A program made the translations under genes and the position numbers. From the IMG/VR virus record IMGVR_UViG_3300032301_000404, positions 1 through 27,151 of that record: 27,151 bases of DNA; one strand, given 5' to 3'. The notes under the pieces are model-generated. The model saw only the letters and a list, made by a program, of their open reading frames with translations. It was not told the origin of the DNA and made no database searches. The DNA comes from a virus. Taxonomy: Duplodnaviria > Caudoviricetes. This document shows, piece after piece, positions 14,801 to 23,959 of this stretch (position 1 is its first letter; each line of letters begins with the position of its first letter).

Positions 14801-16210
14801 CAGGTTCGGCTGGATCTGACCGCCATCCGGTGTCGTTGCCCAGGTCATGTTCCCCTGGTCATCAAAGCGGAAAGGATTGCGGACAACCTGAGCGCCCTCG
14901 GTCACCGCTCGATTTGCAGCCTTCCTTTCAACGGCGCGGATCGCGGCCTGAACGTCAGGCGAAGTAGCAATTCGCTGAAGCTCAGGGGTCCACAATTCGG
15001 CATTCTCGCCCGCTCGATAAGCTGCATCGTATCGCGGACGGTTGGCCAACCTTGCCGCCGTCTCCAGGCTGTCGTTAACGGCGGTCATGTTTAGGTTGCC
15101 GCCAAACAAGCCATTGATGAACTCGCCGAAGCGGCCCCTCTGATCTTCGTACCGGCCAGTAGTCGCGCCGCGCAGGGCTGCTTCAGCGTCCGGCGACACG
15201 TTGGCTGCGGCGCGTCCGAGGCGAGTTGTGCTGGTGGCGCCGAGGTCGCCCACAACAATGTCCTGGCCTGCCGCGCGGGCGGCGGCGATGTCTTCCGGCG
15301 AAAGCACATCCTGAACGCCTCGCGCGCGATCAGCCATGATCGCCTGCCGCACCTGGCGCTCGGCCATGCTGCCCGGCGCCACGGCGCCGTAGATCGTGTT
15401 CACGACCGGACGCCCGGCCATCAGAAGGGCTGCGGGCGCGATCGCGCCGATACCCGCGCCGAGCGCCGCGTTCGTCGCGCGCTCCTCAATGCTGTTCCCC
15501 TGCGTAGCGCCAGCCACGCCGCCTGCGGTGGCGCCGAGACCCGCGCGCCCAAGGCCTGAACCGGCCGCTCGGAAGGCGCCCGTGAATGCAGCCGGGGCGA
15601 CAGCACCGATGCCGCCCTCGATCGCCGCGCCTTGCAGCCGGTCCTCCATGCCCTCGCCGCGCCCGAAGCCGGAGATCGCGCCAGTGCCGGCGCCAAAGGC
15701 AGTCGCGGTCTTCAAGCCTCGCGCGAGAGATCCCGCCGGAACGACGACAGAGCCTGCGATGTTCGCGCCCGTATAGGTGGCAGGAAACTGCTCTTCGGCC
15801 GCCTTATCCTGCGCGCGCTCGATATCGCGAGCGGGAGCGTAGGCTTCGGTCGCGCGGCTTCCGAAGGTTTGCGGAAAGAACCGCTCGGCTGCCATACGAG
15901 CGCCGCCGATGTTCGCGGCCAGGGCGGACGCCACCGGAACTCGAGCAATGGCACGCTGCGCGTCTTGTGGTAGGCCTGCCAATCCAGCAGCGCGGAGGCC
16001 GGCAGTTTCGTCGTTGAGGTTCAGCATCGCGCCAGAAGTGAGGCCCTGAACCAGCGCTCGCCCCTGCGTCATGTCGCGACGAGCGGCAAGGCGAAGCAGC
16101 TGCTCGTCGGACATTTCCGCCAGCGACGGGGCCGCAGGCTGCGGGGGCTGATTGCGCGAACGAGCAAGCTCCAGCAGTTGCTCGTTAGAGAGCGTCGTGA
16201 GATCGGTCAC
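11726..16210 (-). CDS. Large putative ejection (internal virion) protein, 1494 aa, with a C-terminal HhH-GPD glycosylase-like region
   Basis: Last and largest gene of the tail/ejection block. The N-terminal half is Ala/Gly-rich and helical with glycine-zipper segments. The second half carries WY...SPQ...N...GRKT...NDTWMAR...QELAW. Confidence 0.8.
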   Translation of the reverse strand: MTDLTTLSNEQLLELARSRNQPPQPAAPSLAEMSDEQLLRLAARRDMTQGRALVQGLTSGAMLNLNDETAGLRAAGLAGLPQDAQRAIARVPVASALAANIGGARMAAERFFPQTFGSRATEAYAPARDIERAQDKAAEEQFPATYTGANIAGSVVVPAGSLARGLKTATAFGAGTGAISGFGRGEGMEDRLQGAAIEGGIGAVAPAAFTGAFRAAGSGLGRAGLGATAGGVAGATQGNSIEERATNAALGAGIGAIAPAALLMAGRPVVNTIYGAVAPGSMAERQVRQAIMADRARGVQDVLSPEDIAAARAAGQDIVVGDLGATSTTRLGRAAANVSPDAEAALRGATTGRYEDQRGRFGEFINGLFGGNLNMTAVNDSLETAARLANRPRYDAAYRAGENAELWTPELQRIATSPDVQAAIRAVERKAANRAVTEGAQVVRNPFRFDDQGNMTWATTPDGGQIQPNLQFWDHVQRNLRGMAQAAPRGSDDARELEDLRRLLNKELDATVPEFGQARGMARQFFGAEDAGEAGQLFLRQRQGIQLTEAQKAFQGMSEPEREMFRRGFASELAHTLRTAPKGRDVVKMFDGVDRKKLELVFPPDELRQLEGFARREQIMNRLYTAVTGNSSSIRQARDIGIGVVGGGAAGAFSAGDPVTGLALGGSLGALVVGLLSRGRASVSEKVMREIGEIMSSNDPARINALLAGPTGPEILKGLRAASTAVDNMPKPPRREPTVTIPPPGPPDNTGFAKGGRVKEPKMSPIVEAIIEEMGKRMAPEGARRAAAIGGYSRGGAVMKVARALAERLVPEGGEATEGGLTAARRAAGKGEEAPRAAGTELVNEGTDVGIGGGTRGIAAAPNLRRMSAEDAAVTARLEPHIIRRPDGSYVAAPDWIRTPEDLARMRAELDQMIEEGVPYRGWYERSRDFTREIAGGDPTRERHISQGLGLFSPQASPDTNLNFQAQALNAYERGDPRALVRTGAQAARYNEARAAMESDPATRLGRVVRGEEDAVGMGHNSRFFPEEDTRIDDVPNMRLGRKTGVYAQQIDPSAPYAPTGTNDTWMARAFGYRNPDGSEGAFSGSITPSMHTFMDYETVLAVDRANRARLGGDNPLSAANIQELAWVVKGARDMAARLGIPYEEAVRRMNRTYPDYAGNYSASLPHEQVPGQMTGILPRMLENTPEGGALRRAFTDRATWRSATGNDALAQDLGLMNRYMSREPGVYRNSRGEVEYNPVDVSTVIAPNVSIGSGMRGVEPETGRTLTGMQAVRGLLDAQEGTPWSYIQAAGTDNVGRGRGQHTSLRVEGNAPLTQEQAAALAAIADRESLVMSNARYGANLLDFGDTQNRQAGQRMARVAPEIQQAIPGARVTRGRNDGDYVDLGGERRLYAAENAGRGMATQEAMRVINEMPPGALERLLDSPSARQKAAQNLQRLREFGGLGDRPDYEAMLRIVATSGLRGLREHIRRYGPAGLPAVLATLGLSEATRSGE

Positions 16211-17757
16211 TGGATCAGCCCCCTCTGCCGCAGCTCTGCGTCTAGTGCCTCGTTGGTGACCCCAGGCGGAAGGGCGGGGGCTTGCGCACCGCCGCCACCC
16301 TGCTGGCTCTGCCGCTCGGTGCGCTCCGATTCCATCCGGTTGAACCGGGTGAAGGGGCTCGGCAGTTCGCTTAGGCGAGCAACGGCCGCCTGACGCGAAA
16401 TCTCGCCGTTCGCGGCAGCCGAGGCAATCTGGGCGCGAGCAATGTTGTACTCGGCCACAGACTTCAGGGTGTTCGAAATCATCGCGCGGCCTTCGGGGGT
16501 GCCAATCAGGCGAGGCAGCGACTGCTCAAAGTTGCGAGCATCGAAGTCAGACACGGCGCCCGGCATGCCCTGGCGCTGCGCCGGGATCAGCTGCTTGAGC
16601 AGCGCATTGGCGGTTTCGATGTAGGTGGCGCGCGGCCCGAAGCCGACGCGCGCGGCCTGCTGCTCGAACCAGCCGGGAATGCCGCTTCGCAGGTCGGCGC
16701 TGACCTGATCAAACATCTGGAGGCGATCCATCAGCTGGCGCGCCTCTGCGCCGCCAGAAGCCAGCTCGCCGAAGGTGCGCGCCTGCTGTGTCGCGCTCTC
16801 TTCAGAGAAGCGGCGATTGGCCGCGTTCGCGGCGTTCTGCTGGCGCACGTCTTCCTCGGCCTGCTCGCGAGCTCTGGCGATGTCGGCCTGCCCTTCGGGG
16901 CTCTCGCGCACAATTGTCCGCGCGCGCTCCACCAGCTGCCGGCCCTGGGGGCCGGCGTACCGGCTTGGGTTGGCGGCGGCGTCCGCAAGCAGGCGCTGGG
17001 CACCGGCTACCAGAGGGTCGCTCGACTGGGTAGACGCAGGGGCCGGCGCAGCGGCGGCGGGGGGCGACGGCGCAGGTTGCGGGGGCGGAGGGGGTGCGGC
17101 GCCCGGCGTCTGACCGCGCGCCCGCTCGAGCGCTGCGGCAACCGCAGGGCTATCTTCAGACATCCCCAGCGGCGGCAAAGGCGTCTGCGTGATCTGCGGC
17201 TGCGGGCCAACCGGGGAGGCCGACGGCATCGGGCCGCTCGCGCCCGGGACCGTGAGCTGCGTGCGCGTCTGGGGGACGCCGCTCTGCGCGGGCTCACCTC
17301 GAAGCAGAGGGAGGTCGGCCATCGCGCCATAGGCGCCCGCGAGCTGCGTCGGAAACTGCAGCGCCTGGCCGGTCAGGGCAGCCCTCTGCTGGGCAGCTTG
17401 CATGCCAAGGTTCGCCGTCGCGGCCTGGAGCTGCTGGATCCGCATCGCGCGGTCCAGCTCGCTTTGGCGCTGCTGCTGGAGAGCGCCGGAGTAGCTCTCC
17501 GCGCCCGCGCCCAGGCTTTCAGCAAACGATCCCGCGCGCGTCGGGCGCAGCAGGGCGGAAGCGAGTTGCAGCATCGGGCTTGGCCCGGTGCCGCGCTGGC
17601 TGTTCAGAAACTGCATCAGCGCGTTGTTCGCAGCGCGCCCCTGCTCAAGGCTTTCGTCCACCGAGCGGCGAGCCGCCTCGTTCTCGGCGTAGAAATTGCG
17701 CTCCAAATCCGCGATGCGCGCTTGCGTGAGGCCGCCGGCGGGGTCGTTCTCAGCCAT
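16207..17757 (-). CDS. Putative ejection/internal virion protein (516 aa)
   Basis: Position in the block, Ala/Gln-rich helical sequence with a Pro-rich linker, ATGA coupling and a GGAG RBS. Confidence 0.75.
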   Translation of the reverse strand: MAENDPAGGLTQARIADLERNFYAENEAARRSVDESLEQGRAANNALMQFLNSQRGTGPSPMLQLASALLRPTRAGSFAESLGAGAESYSGALQQQRQSELDRAMRIQQLQAATANLGMQAAQQRAALTGQALQFPTQLAGAYGAMADLPLLRGEPAQSGVPQTRTQLTVPGASGPMPSASPVGPQPQITQTPLPPLGMSEDSPAVAAALERARGQTPGAAPPPPPQPAPSPPAAAAPAPASTQSSDPLVAGAQRLLADAAANPSRYAGPQGRQLVERARTIVRESPEGQADIARAREQAEEDVRQQNAANAANRRFSEESATQQARTFGELASGGAEARQLMDRLQMFDQVSADLRSGIPGWFEQQAARVGFGPRATYIETANALLKQLIPAQRQGMPGAVSDFDARNFEQSLPRLIGTPEGRAMISNTLKSVAEYNIARAQIASAAANGEISRQAAVARLSELPSPFTRFNRMESERTERQSQQGGGGAQAPALPPGVTNEALDAELRQRGLIQ

Positions 17758-17773
17758 TCCGATGTCTCCCGGG

Positions 17774-18859
17774 TCAGCTGGTGCGCAGGGCGTTCGCGAG
17801 TGTCAGGCCGCCCAAGATCTGCGAGAGGCCCGACGGCTGATAGATCGACGCAGGGCCCGTCGAGACCGTGTTCGTCGTCTGCGAGTAGGGCTGGCCACGC
17901 ACAAGGTTCGACAGAAACCCGAGCTGCGACTTCGGGTAGTCCCGCTGCGCCACGAAGTCCTGGTAGGCCACGTCCAGGTTCCGCTGATTGAGCGCCTGCT
18001 GCTGCTGACCAATCGCCTCAAGCGCCGCAGTGTCGGTGTAACCCATCTGCTGGCCCGAGCGCGCAAGCGCGCCAAGCTGCTGACCGGCGCTAATCAGGTT
18101 CTGATTGCTCGCGTTCTGCAGGTTGCCCTGCGCCTGGCCAAGCTGCCCGAGGTTCTGCTGCTGCTGCAGGCCGAGGTTGCCGATCGTCTGGCCAATCTGG
18201 CCCTGGCGCCTCATGTCTTCCTGAGCCGCTGTCAGCGCGCCCTGGTAGCCCTTGTTCATCAGGTCGCTCTGAGCCGCCAGGGCGCTCTCCTGCACGTCCC
18301 GCAGCGCCTGGCCGGTGGCTTCTTGCATGCGGCTAGAGCCGAACTGCCCGGCGCGCACGAAGGTGTCGCTCACCTGCGGCATCAGCTTCTCGCGAAGCTG
18401 CCGGGCCGCCAGATCGCCGACGCGGTTCACGACGGCTTCCTGATAGGGGTTCATGTACTGGTCGACAACGCCGGGCGCCGTCTGCCCAGCATCGGTGAGG
18501 TACGGCATTGCGCTGGCCATCGGCGACATGCCGATGGCTTGGGTTAGGGTCGGGTTGGCAGCCTGGAACCCCGAGGTCTGGGTCGATTGGCCAATGGCGC
18601 CGATGCCCTGGTTCAGAGCCGGCGTGAAGGCGCCCTGCTGGGCGCGGGTTGCGGCGAAAGCGTCGCGCTGACCAGAGGCAAAGTCAGCGATGCGTGGGCC
18701 ACCGTATGGCTGATAGGCCTCGGCGGCGACCGCATTGCCCTTCGCCAACAGGCCCTGCGTGTAGTCGGAGAGCCACTGCGGGATGTTCGCGGTGGTCGTG
18801 CCGTAATTGGTGACCGAAGGCGGCGGGCTACCGTTAAAGAGGAAGTCGGTGATGCTCAT
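17774..18859 (-). CDS. Putative DNA pilot/ejection protein (361 aa)
   Basis: Gln/Gly/Ala-rich, with motifs YQPYGGPRIA, YMNPY and AGQFGSSR typical of podovirus ejection-block proteins; GAGG RBS. Confidence 0.75.
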   Translation of the reverse strand: MSITDFLFNGSPPPSVTNYGTTTANIPQWLSDYTQGLLAKGNAVAAEAYQPYGGPRIADFASGQRDAFAATRAQQGAFTPALNQGIGAIGQSTQTSGFQAANPTLTQAIGMSPMASAMPYLTDAGQTAPGVVDQYMNPYQEAVVNRVGDLAARQLREKLMPQVSDTFVRAGQFGSSRMQEATGQALRDVQESALAAQSDLMNKGYQGALTAAQEDMRRQGQIGQTIGNLGLQQQQNLGQLGQAQGNLQNASNQNLISAGQQLGALARSGQQMGYTDTAALEAIGQQQQALNQRNLDVAYQDFVAQRDYPKSQLGFLSNLVRGQPYSQTTNTVSTGPASIYQPSGLSQILGGLTLANALRTS

Positions 18860-18863
18860 TGGC

Positions 18864-20108
18864 TTACCTCGCCCCGTGGAGGTAGCGCGCTGGATCCTTC
18901 GCGTCGGGGCTCATGCGCCCACGAGCGAGGCCGCCCGCCTTGTGCTTGCGGATCTGCTGACGCATCTGATCGAGCTTCTTCGCGCCGGCGTCGGACGACC
19001 CGTCACCCAGCATGGAGACAGTCTCGGCGTCGAAGACGTACTCGCCATCCGACAGCAGCGCCGGGATGCGGTCCTCGCGGCCGTGGCCCTGGCCCTTCAC
19101 ATAGCGACCCTGAGCAGCGCGCATTAGGCCGCCCATCGCGGCCGGCGTGCGCGGCATCTCGGGCAGCTCGTTCTCCTCGTAGAAGTCCTGCTCGCCGCCG
19201 GCCATCGCGTAGCGGGTTAGATCCGTCGGCAGCTGGCGACGGGTGCGTCTGAACTCAACCTCAGGAAGGCGGGCGGTCATGTTCGGGTCGTTCTGCTGCG
19301 GAGGCGGAGCGGAGCCCGACGAGCCTCGGGCATTGGTTGCGCCTAGAAGGGCGTTGCCGACCATGCCGAGCGCCGCAAGCTGGCCCACCCGGTTCAGCAT
19401 CGAGCTGCCACCGGCAGCGGCGCCTCCTGCTCCGCCAGCTGCCGCTCCGCCGGCTCCGCCGGCCGCGCCGGCGCCCCCGACCGCAAGCTCGGGGGGCACG
19501 GGCGGACCCATTGGGCCGTTGATGAGGTTATTGATCGTGGGAGCAAGTCCGTTCTCGCCGAGGCCGGACAGGATCCCACCCGAAAAGATCCCGCCGCCCT
19601 CAGTTGCCGGGCCGGTGAGGCCCATGGTGGGCAGCGCGTAGCCCGCAAGGCCGCCCGTCAGCGCGCCCGTCAGAGCGCCCTTGCCCCCGCCGGTCAGGCC
19701 GCCCAGGCCAGCGCCGATGAGGCCGCTGCCGACCGTCGAGGCCGCCGTGCCCGTCAGCCCCAGGCCAGCGCCCAGCGCAGTCCCAAGGCCCGGCGCGATA
19801 AGGCTCAGACCCACAGTCGCAGCCGGCGCGGCCCATTCCTTGAACCACTTCTGCTTCCAGAAGGGCTTGAAGGCGTACATGCCCGTCTCGGGGTTTCGCT
19901 CGGGAGGGCCGAAGTGCCGGACCATCTCCTCGAACTCGGCCTTGTTGACGTGGACGATCATGCTGTCGCCGCCCTCACCCGCCCCAGCGACCTTCTTGGC
20001 CGCCTTGGCGAGCCCGCCCCTAGCGTAAGGGGTCGCGCCAGGCCGGCTCATGTCGACCATGACCGGCATGTAGCTCACGCGCTCGTAAGAGACTGCTTTT
20101 CCGTTCAT
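18864..20108 (-). CDS. Putative virion/ejection protein with glycine-zipper core and a DxIPAxLSDGEYV motif (414 aa)
   Basis: Start set to ATG 20108 (GAGG RBS, just after the upstream stop at 20110). N-terminal GGDSMIVHV...NPETG, hydrophobic Gly-rich centre, C-terminal GHGREDRIPALLSDGEYVFDA. Confidence 0.78.
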   Translation of the reverse strand: MNGKAVSYERVSYMPVMVDMSRPGATPYARGGLAKAAKKVAGAGEGGDSMIVHVNKAEFEEMVRHFGPPERNPETGMYAFKPFWKQKWFKEWAAPAATVGLSLIAPGLGTALGAGLGLTGTAASTVGSGLIGAGLGGLTGGGKGALTGALTGGLAGYALPTMGLTGPATEGGGIFSGGILSGLGENGLAPTINNLINGPMGPPVPPELAVGGAGAAGGAGGAAAGGAGGAAAGGSSMLNRVGQLAALGMVGNALLGATNARGSSGSAPPPQQNDPNMTARLPEVEFRRTRRQLPTDLTRYAMAGGEQDFYEENELPEMPRTPAAMGGLMRAAQGRYVKGQGHGREDRIPALLSDGEYVFDAETVSMLGDGSSDAGAKKLDQMRQQIRKHKAGGLARGRMSPDAKDPARYLHGAR

Positions 20109-20109
20109 G

Positions 20110-20346
20110 TCATACCTCGGCGCGCGCCATCTGAACGAACCTCTCGGCCCAGTCTCGCCAGTCATCGAACAAGTCGGGAACCGGCGGAACCGTGACCGCA
20201 ATCTTGGGCATAGCTATGACACGGTTGGCCCAGTCTTTCCAGCTTTCCGGCTCGTCAAGCCGGGAAACAGTTCCGTATCTTTCAAGGGTCAGAGCCATCA
20301 TGTCTGTCCACTCGGTGACGCTCATGTTCCAGGTCGGCAGAATCAC
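20110..20346 (-). CDS. Small Trp-rich tail-associated protein
   Basis: GTGA coupling to the upstream tail gene; WKDWA...DDWRDWA motifs; fills the gap exactly. Confidence 0.75.
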   Translation of the reverse strand: MILPTWNMSVTEWTDMMALTLERYGTVSRLDEPESWKDWANRVIAMPKIAVTVPPVPDLFDDWRDWAERFVQMARAEV

Positions 20347-21869
20347 GACAAGATCCTCCCGTCCGCCTGCTCGAGGTGAGCGATGACCTGACCCATCTGG
20401 TAGTCCCCACCAACGGCATTGCTCTCAAAAATCAAGCGCATCTCTCGACGCGCCTCCTTCAAGAACACGACCTGCTCCGACGGATCATTCGCCACCGCCG
20501 GGAAGGTCTTGGCCTCGCCAGTCACCAGAGGGGAGCGAGCGTTATACCGACCAGTCACCCGGACCGTCATGTTCTCGCGCTGCACGAAGTCTGGCTCGAT
20601 GATCGAAATGCGAACCGACTTGTTCACCGCGTCCTTCGGCAGAGCCGGCAGCGCTATGTCCCCCGTCTCGAAATAGGACCGCACGGGGTTGATGATCTGG
20701 CCGTCAATCTCATCGACGCCGTCCTCGTGCTGCCAGAGGATCTGCGTGGCCGTGATGGAGGACGATCCGACCATCAGAGGCTTCGCGCTCACGTTCACGA
20801 AGATGCCGCCCGATCGGCCCGCATTCGGCAGAGCCGTGTCGTACCAAGTCTGCTCGCGCACGTTGTAGATCACCGCGTGCGTGCATTCCGTCGCGTTGCC
20901 GAAGGGGAAGCACCACCAGATCTCGCCATATTTTGGCACCGCCATGGCGAAGACCTTCTGGCGCTGGGCGAAGTTCAGGTTGTCGAAGAACCAGTTCAGG
21001 TTCAGCGTGTTCGGCACCTCACGCACGACGCCGTTGAACATCAGGAAGCGATCGACGCCGGCCCAGAAGTAAATGCCGTCATACTCGATCACGCCTTGGC
21101 TCGACAGGATCGAGCTGGTGGCGCTGACGGTGTCGAACTGGAACACCGGCCCGCCGCCCACGAAAGTGGCGCGGATGACGCTGTCAAGAGACCAGAAGAG
21201 ACCGGAGGGCGAGTTGCCCGGGCCAGCGCGGAGCGGCAGCCCCTTCACGATCTTCTGGCCGGTGATGTAGCCGTCGCCAGAGCCGGCACCTGCCCAGTCG
21301 TTCGGATTGCCAGGCACCGACCAGGCGACATACCCATCAGTGCCGTAGGCAAAGACGTAAGGGTGCAGCACCACAATTCCGCCAGAGACTGACGGGGCGC
21401 TCCCGCCCGCAGCCGCGAACGCGCCGGATCCGGTGATGTCGCCGAGGTAGATCGGCCGGTTGGTTGTCTCGTCCTGGTTCACGAGGTTCCGGCCCGCGTG
21501 CGCGACCAGCGTCTGGCCGCCCGTCACGGTGTCGAACAGCACGTCGAACTGCCACAAGTTGGCGGCATTCGACACGAAGCCGGCGGGGCTGCGGTCCACA
21601 ACAGGCGAAGAGACGGCCTGCGCGTCGACAATCACCTGCTCAAGACGCCCCTCTTCGCCGACGTGGACGTAGGTCTGGCCGTTCTCAGAAAAGGCGTGCA
21701 TGCCGCGCGCAAGATTGGCAAGCTGGTTGGTCGCCCGGCGGAAGCCGCCCATCTTGCGCGGGTAGCCGCGCTGAAAGCGGCACCACTGCCCGTCGACGTA
21801 GTTATCGCCCTGGAAGACGGTGCCGTCTCGCTTGATCCCCGGCGTCGATCGAATGATGGTAGGCGGCAT
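20343..21869 (-). CDS. Tail nozzle/stabilisation protein (P22 gp10 / T7 gp12 analogue)
   Basis: Start set to ATG 21869 (TGATG coupling). PGIKRDGT...VDGQWCRFQRGYPRKMGG and EIWWCFP...VIYN...W; beta-rich; positioned before the ejection genes. Confidence 0.8.
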   Translation of the reverse strand: MPPTIIRSTPGIKRDGTVFQGDNYVDGQWCRFQRGYPRKMGGFRRATNQLANLARGMHAFSENGQTYVHVGEEGRLEQVIVDAQAVSSPVVDRSPAGFVSNAANLWQFDVLFDTVTGGQTLVAHAGRNLVNQDETTNRPIYLGDITGSGAFAAAGGSAPSVSGGIVVLHPYVFAYGTDGYVAWSVPGNPNDWAGAGSGDGYITGQKIVKGLPLRAGPGNSPSGLFWSLDSVIRATFVGGGPVFQFDTVSATSSILSSQGVIEYDGIYFWAGVDRFLMFNGVVREVPNTLNLNWFFDNLNFAQRQKVFAMAVPKYGEIWWCFPFGNATECTHAVIYNVREQTWYDTALPNAGRSGGIFVNVSAKPLMVGSSSITATQILWQHEDGVDEIDGQIINPVRSYFETGDIALPALPKDAVNKSVRISIIEPDFVQRENMTVRVTGRYNARSPLVTGEAKTFPAVANDPSEQVVFLKEARREMRLIFESNAVGGDYQMGQVIAHLEQADGRILS

Positions 21870-23206
21870 CAGAAGGAGCCGCCGTCGACGTTCCCCGCCT
21901 GAGCCACGCCAAGCGCAGCCCACGCGGCAGCCTGATTGGCAGCAGTCACGAGCGAGTCGCCCGTCGCCGTGATGCCGATAGCGGTCCGCGCCGCCGCCTG
22001 GGTGGCTGATGTGACGATCCCGTCGCCCACCCCCGTGATGCCGATGGCACTGCGGGCCGCCGCCTGGGACGCGGACTGAAAGACCGCGATGCCCGTGCTG
22101 GTGCCCCCCAAATTGATGAGGGCAGCACCGGCTGTCGTGGCGCCCGTACCGCCCTGCACGATCGAGATCGGCACCGAAAGGCCAGCAGTATCGGCCGCGA
22201 CGACGTTCGTGCCATCGCAATACAGGATGGAGCTCGCGCCCTGCGCGACCGCCACGCCCGTGCCGGCAGCCGTTTTTACCGTCAGCGTGAAGGCGCCCGT
22301 CGTGGCGTTCGTCACCCAGTACTGTTGCACCGTCGTCGGGACGATGATCTCGCGGTTGGCAACCAGCGCGCCGGTAAAGCGGTAGGCGATGCGATTGAGC
22401 TGACCGCCCGTCAGGGTGAAGGCCCCGCCGCCGGAGACGTTGATCGCCGTATAATCGAAGGCGAAGGTCGAGCTCTGCCCGAAGCCGACCGTAAAGAAGC
22501 CGGTGCCGTCGCAGATCACAAAGCAGCTGTCGCCAGGCTGCAGGGACAGCGTCGCCTGCCCGTTGATCGTCTGAGGTCCGGTCGGGTCGATCGTGAGCGC
22601 GCCGGTGCCGGAGTTGCGCACCATGACAAACCAGTCCGCGCCGAGCGTGGACGCGTCGGCCGGGACGAGAGACCCGGCCGCGCCGGTGTAGAGCAGCAGA
22701 TGGGCGCGGTCGTTGACGCCGGTCGTGTAGCCGGAGCTGCTGAAGGAGATGATCGGGGCCGACTGGTTCAGCGTCGTCGAGATCGCCTTGATGCCAGCGC
22801 CAGCCAGCGCTGCGGCATTCGCGACGGAAATCGAAGCACCGTATTGAAACACCCTCCAGGTGCCCGCCGAGGTGGTGTTATTGGTCAGGTAGATCTGCCA
22901 GGCCGATCCCGGCGCGATCGTCACGATGGACGCGCCCGTCGAGCTCTGGACGACGACGTCATTCACGCCGACGTTGTTGAACAGGACGGTCTCGCCCGGC
23001 GACACCAGCGTCGCGTTGGGCATGCGCAGGGCCAGGGACGCGGCGTTCCCGGTCACGTCGATGATGGAGGCGACTGGCGGCGGGCCGCTGCTCTCAGTCG
23101 GCCAGCGCAGCTGAAGCGGGCTGTTCGCGCTGGTCAGGGCATAGGATGCATAGGAGACTTGGGCCGGGGAGATTGACGTCCCGCCGAAGACGGAAGTGTA
23201 GGACAC
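21869..23206 (-). CDS. Tail structural/fibre-like protein
   Basis: Thr/Gly/Ala beta-rich sequence, GGTGATTA motif and C-terminal AAARxAIG repeats; GGAGG RBS before GTG. Confidence 0.75.
   Translation of the reverse strand: MSYTSVFGGTSISPAQVSYASYALTSANSPLQLRWPTESSGPPPVASIIDVTGNAASLALRMPNATLVSPGETVLFNNVGVNDVVVQSSTGASIVTIAPGSAWQIYLTNNTTSAGTWRVFQYGASISVANAAALAGAGIKAISTTLNQSAPIISFSSSGYTTGVNDRAHLLLYTGAAGSLVPADASTLGADWFVMVRNSGTGALTIDPTGPQTINGQATLSLQPGDSCFVICDGTGFFTVGFGQSSTFAFDYTAINVSGGGAFTLTGGQLNRIAYRFTGALVANREIIVPTTVQQYWVTNATTGAFTLTVKTAAGTGVAVAQGASSILYCDGTNVVAADTAGLSVPISIVQGGTGATTAGAALINLGGTSTGIAVFQSASQAAARSAIGITGVGDGIVTSATQAAARTAIGITATGDSLVTAANQAAAWAALGVAQAGNVDGGSF
21905..22140 (-). repeat. About 3.5 copies of a 22-aa repeat (QAAARxAIGITxxGDxxVTxA) in the tail protein C-terminus
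   Basis: SASQAAARSAIGITGVGDGIVT / SATQAAARTAIGITATGDSLVT / AANQAAAWAALGV, with a more degenerate unit upstream. Confidence 0.75.
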
Positions 23207-23208
23207 GG

Positions 23209-23862
23209 TCAGGCCTCCCGCCTCTGGGCGTTACGGTCAATGATCTTCTGGGCGTCTTCGGACGCCAGAAGCGCCACCGCCTCGTCATAATAAGCCTTCC
23301 AGGTGCCAATGCGCTCGTCGTTTTTCAGGAACGGCGTGGCCTCGAGGAGCGACCCGTAGAGCAGCGCCTGGGGCGCGTACTCGGTCAGCCAGTTGGTCTG
23401 CAGGTCGTCACCCAGCAGGGGCGGCAGCGCATAGTACAACACCTCGAAGGGGTAGGCCCGATCGGGCGTCGGCGAGATGAGCCAGTGCTGGTAGCCGTAG
23501 TCGGCATAGAAGCGCGGCTTGGAGCGCAGGGTCTCGTTCGGCCACAGGTTCCGGCAGTACTCGTAAGAGCGACCGAAGATGGGCGTGCGCTCATTGAAGG
23601 TTGTGCCGTCGCCAAAGTTGAAGGAGATCGTGTCGCGCCAGCGATCAGGCTTGGCGTAGACTGACGTCCCGGCGGCCATCGTAGTGGTGACGATCTCCGT
23701 CGTGCCCTGAATCTTTAGCTGGCGCGCAAGGCGCCGCTCGCAGAACCCGATGAAGGTCGGGATTTCGTTGTAGACCGTCGGGTCGCTCGCCTCGGTGAGG
23801 CCGCGCTCAAGGTAGCGGGCAATGTCCGCCTTCAGCGAGGCGTAGGTCATGGCGGTTGCCAT
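23209..23862 (-). CDS. Head-tail adaptor / tail tubular protein A-like
   Basis: MTYASLKADIARYLER...IPTFI..CERRL...PTPD..Y...Y...TNWL...P..LLYGSLLEA; GAGGAG RBS. Confidence 0.82.
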   Translation of the reverse strand: MATAMTYASLKADIARYLERGLTEASDPTVYNEIPTFIGFCERRLARQLKIQGTTEIVTTTMAAGTSVYAKPDRWRDTISFNFGDGTTFNERTPIFGRSYEYCRNLWPNETLRSKPRFYADYGYQHWLISPTPDRAYPFEVLYYALPPLLGDDLQTNWLTEYAPQALLYGSLLEATPFLKNDERIGTWKAYYDEAVALLASEDAQKIIDRNAQRREA

Positions 23863-23884
23863 TACGACAACTCCTCGGGCACGC

Positions 23885-23959
23885 GCCCGCGCGCGCGGGC
23901 AGACGGCAGCCTAGCACCAGCAGCGGAAAATGGGTAGCGCTGAGAGCAGGTGCTAGGCT
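23885..23959. other. Structured intergenic element: 11-bp inverted repeat with inner stem, plus 16-bp palindrome
   Basis: AGCCTAGCACC (23908-23918) / GGTGCTAGGCT (23949-23959), inner CAGCG/CGCTG, and perfect palindrome GCCCGCGCGCGCGGGC (23885-23900). Confidence 0.75.

Noticed and set aside
11807-15094. 519-aa and 571-aa + strand ORFs
   Set aside because: Antisense shadows of the 1494-aa gene, with no recognisable motifs.
21870-22220. N-terminal extension of the nozzle ORF, and similar extensions at 9163, 8318, 20201, 469, 111 and 2155
   Set aside because: They overlap upstream genes and have aberrant composition. Downstream starts with stop-start coupling or an RBS fit better.
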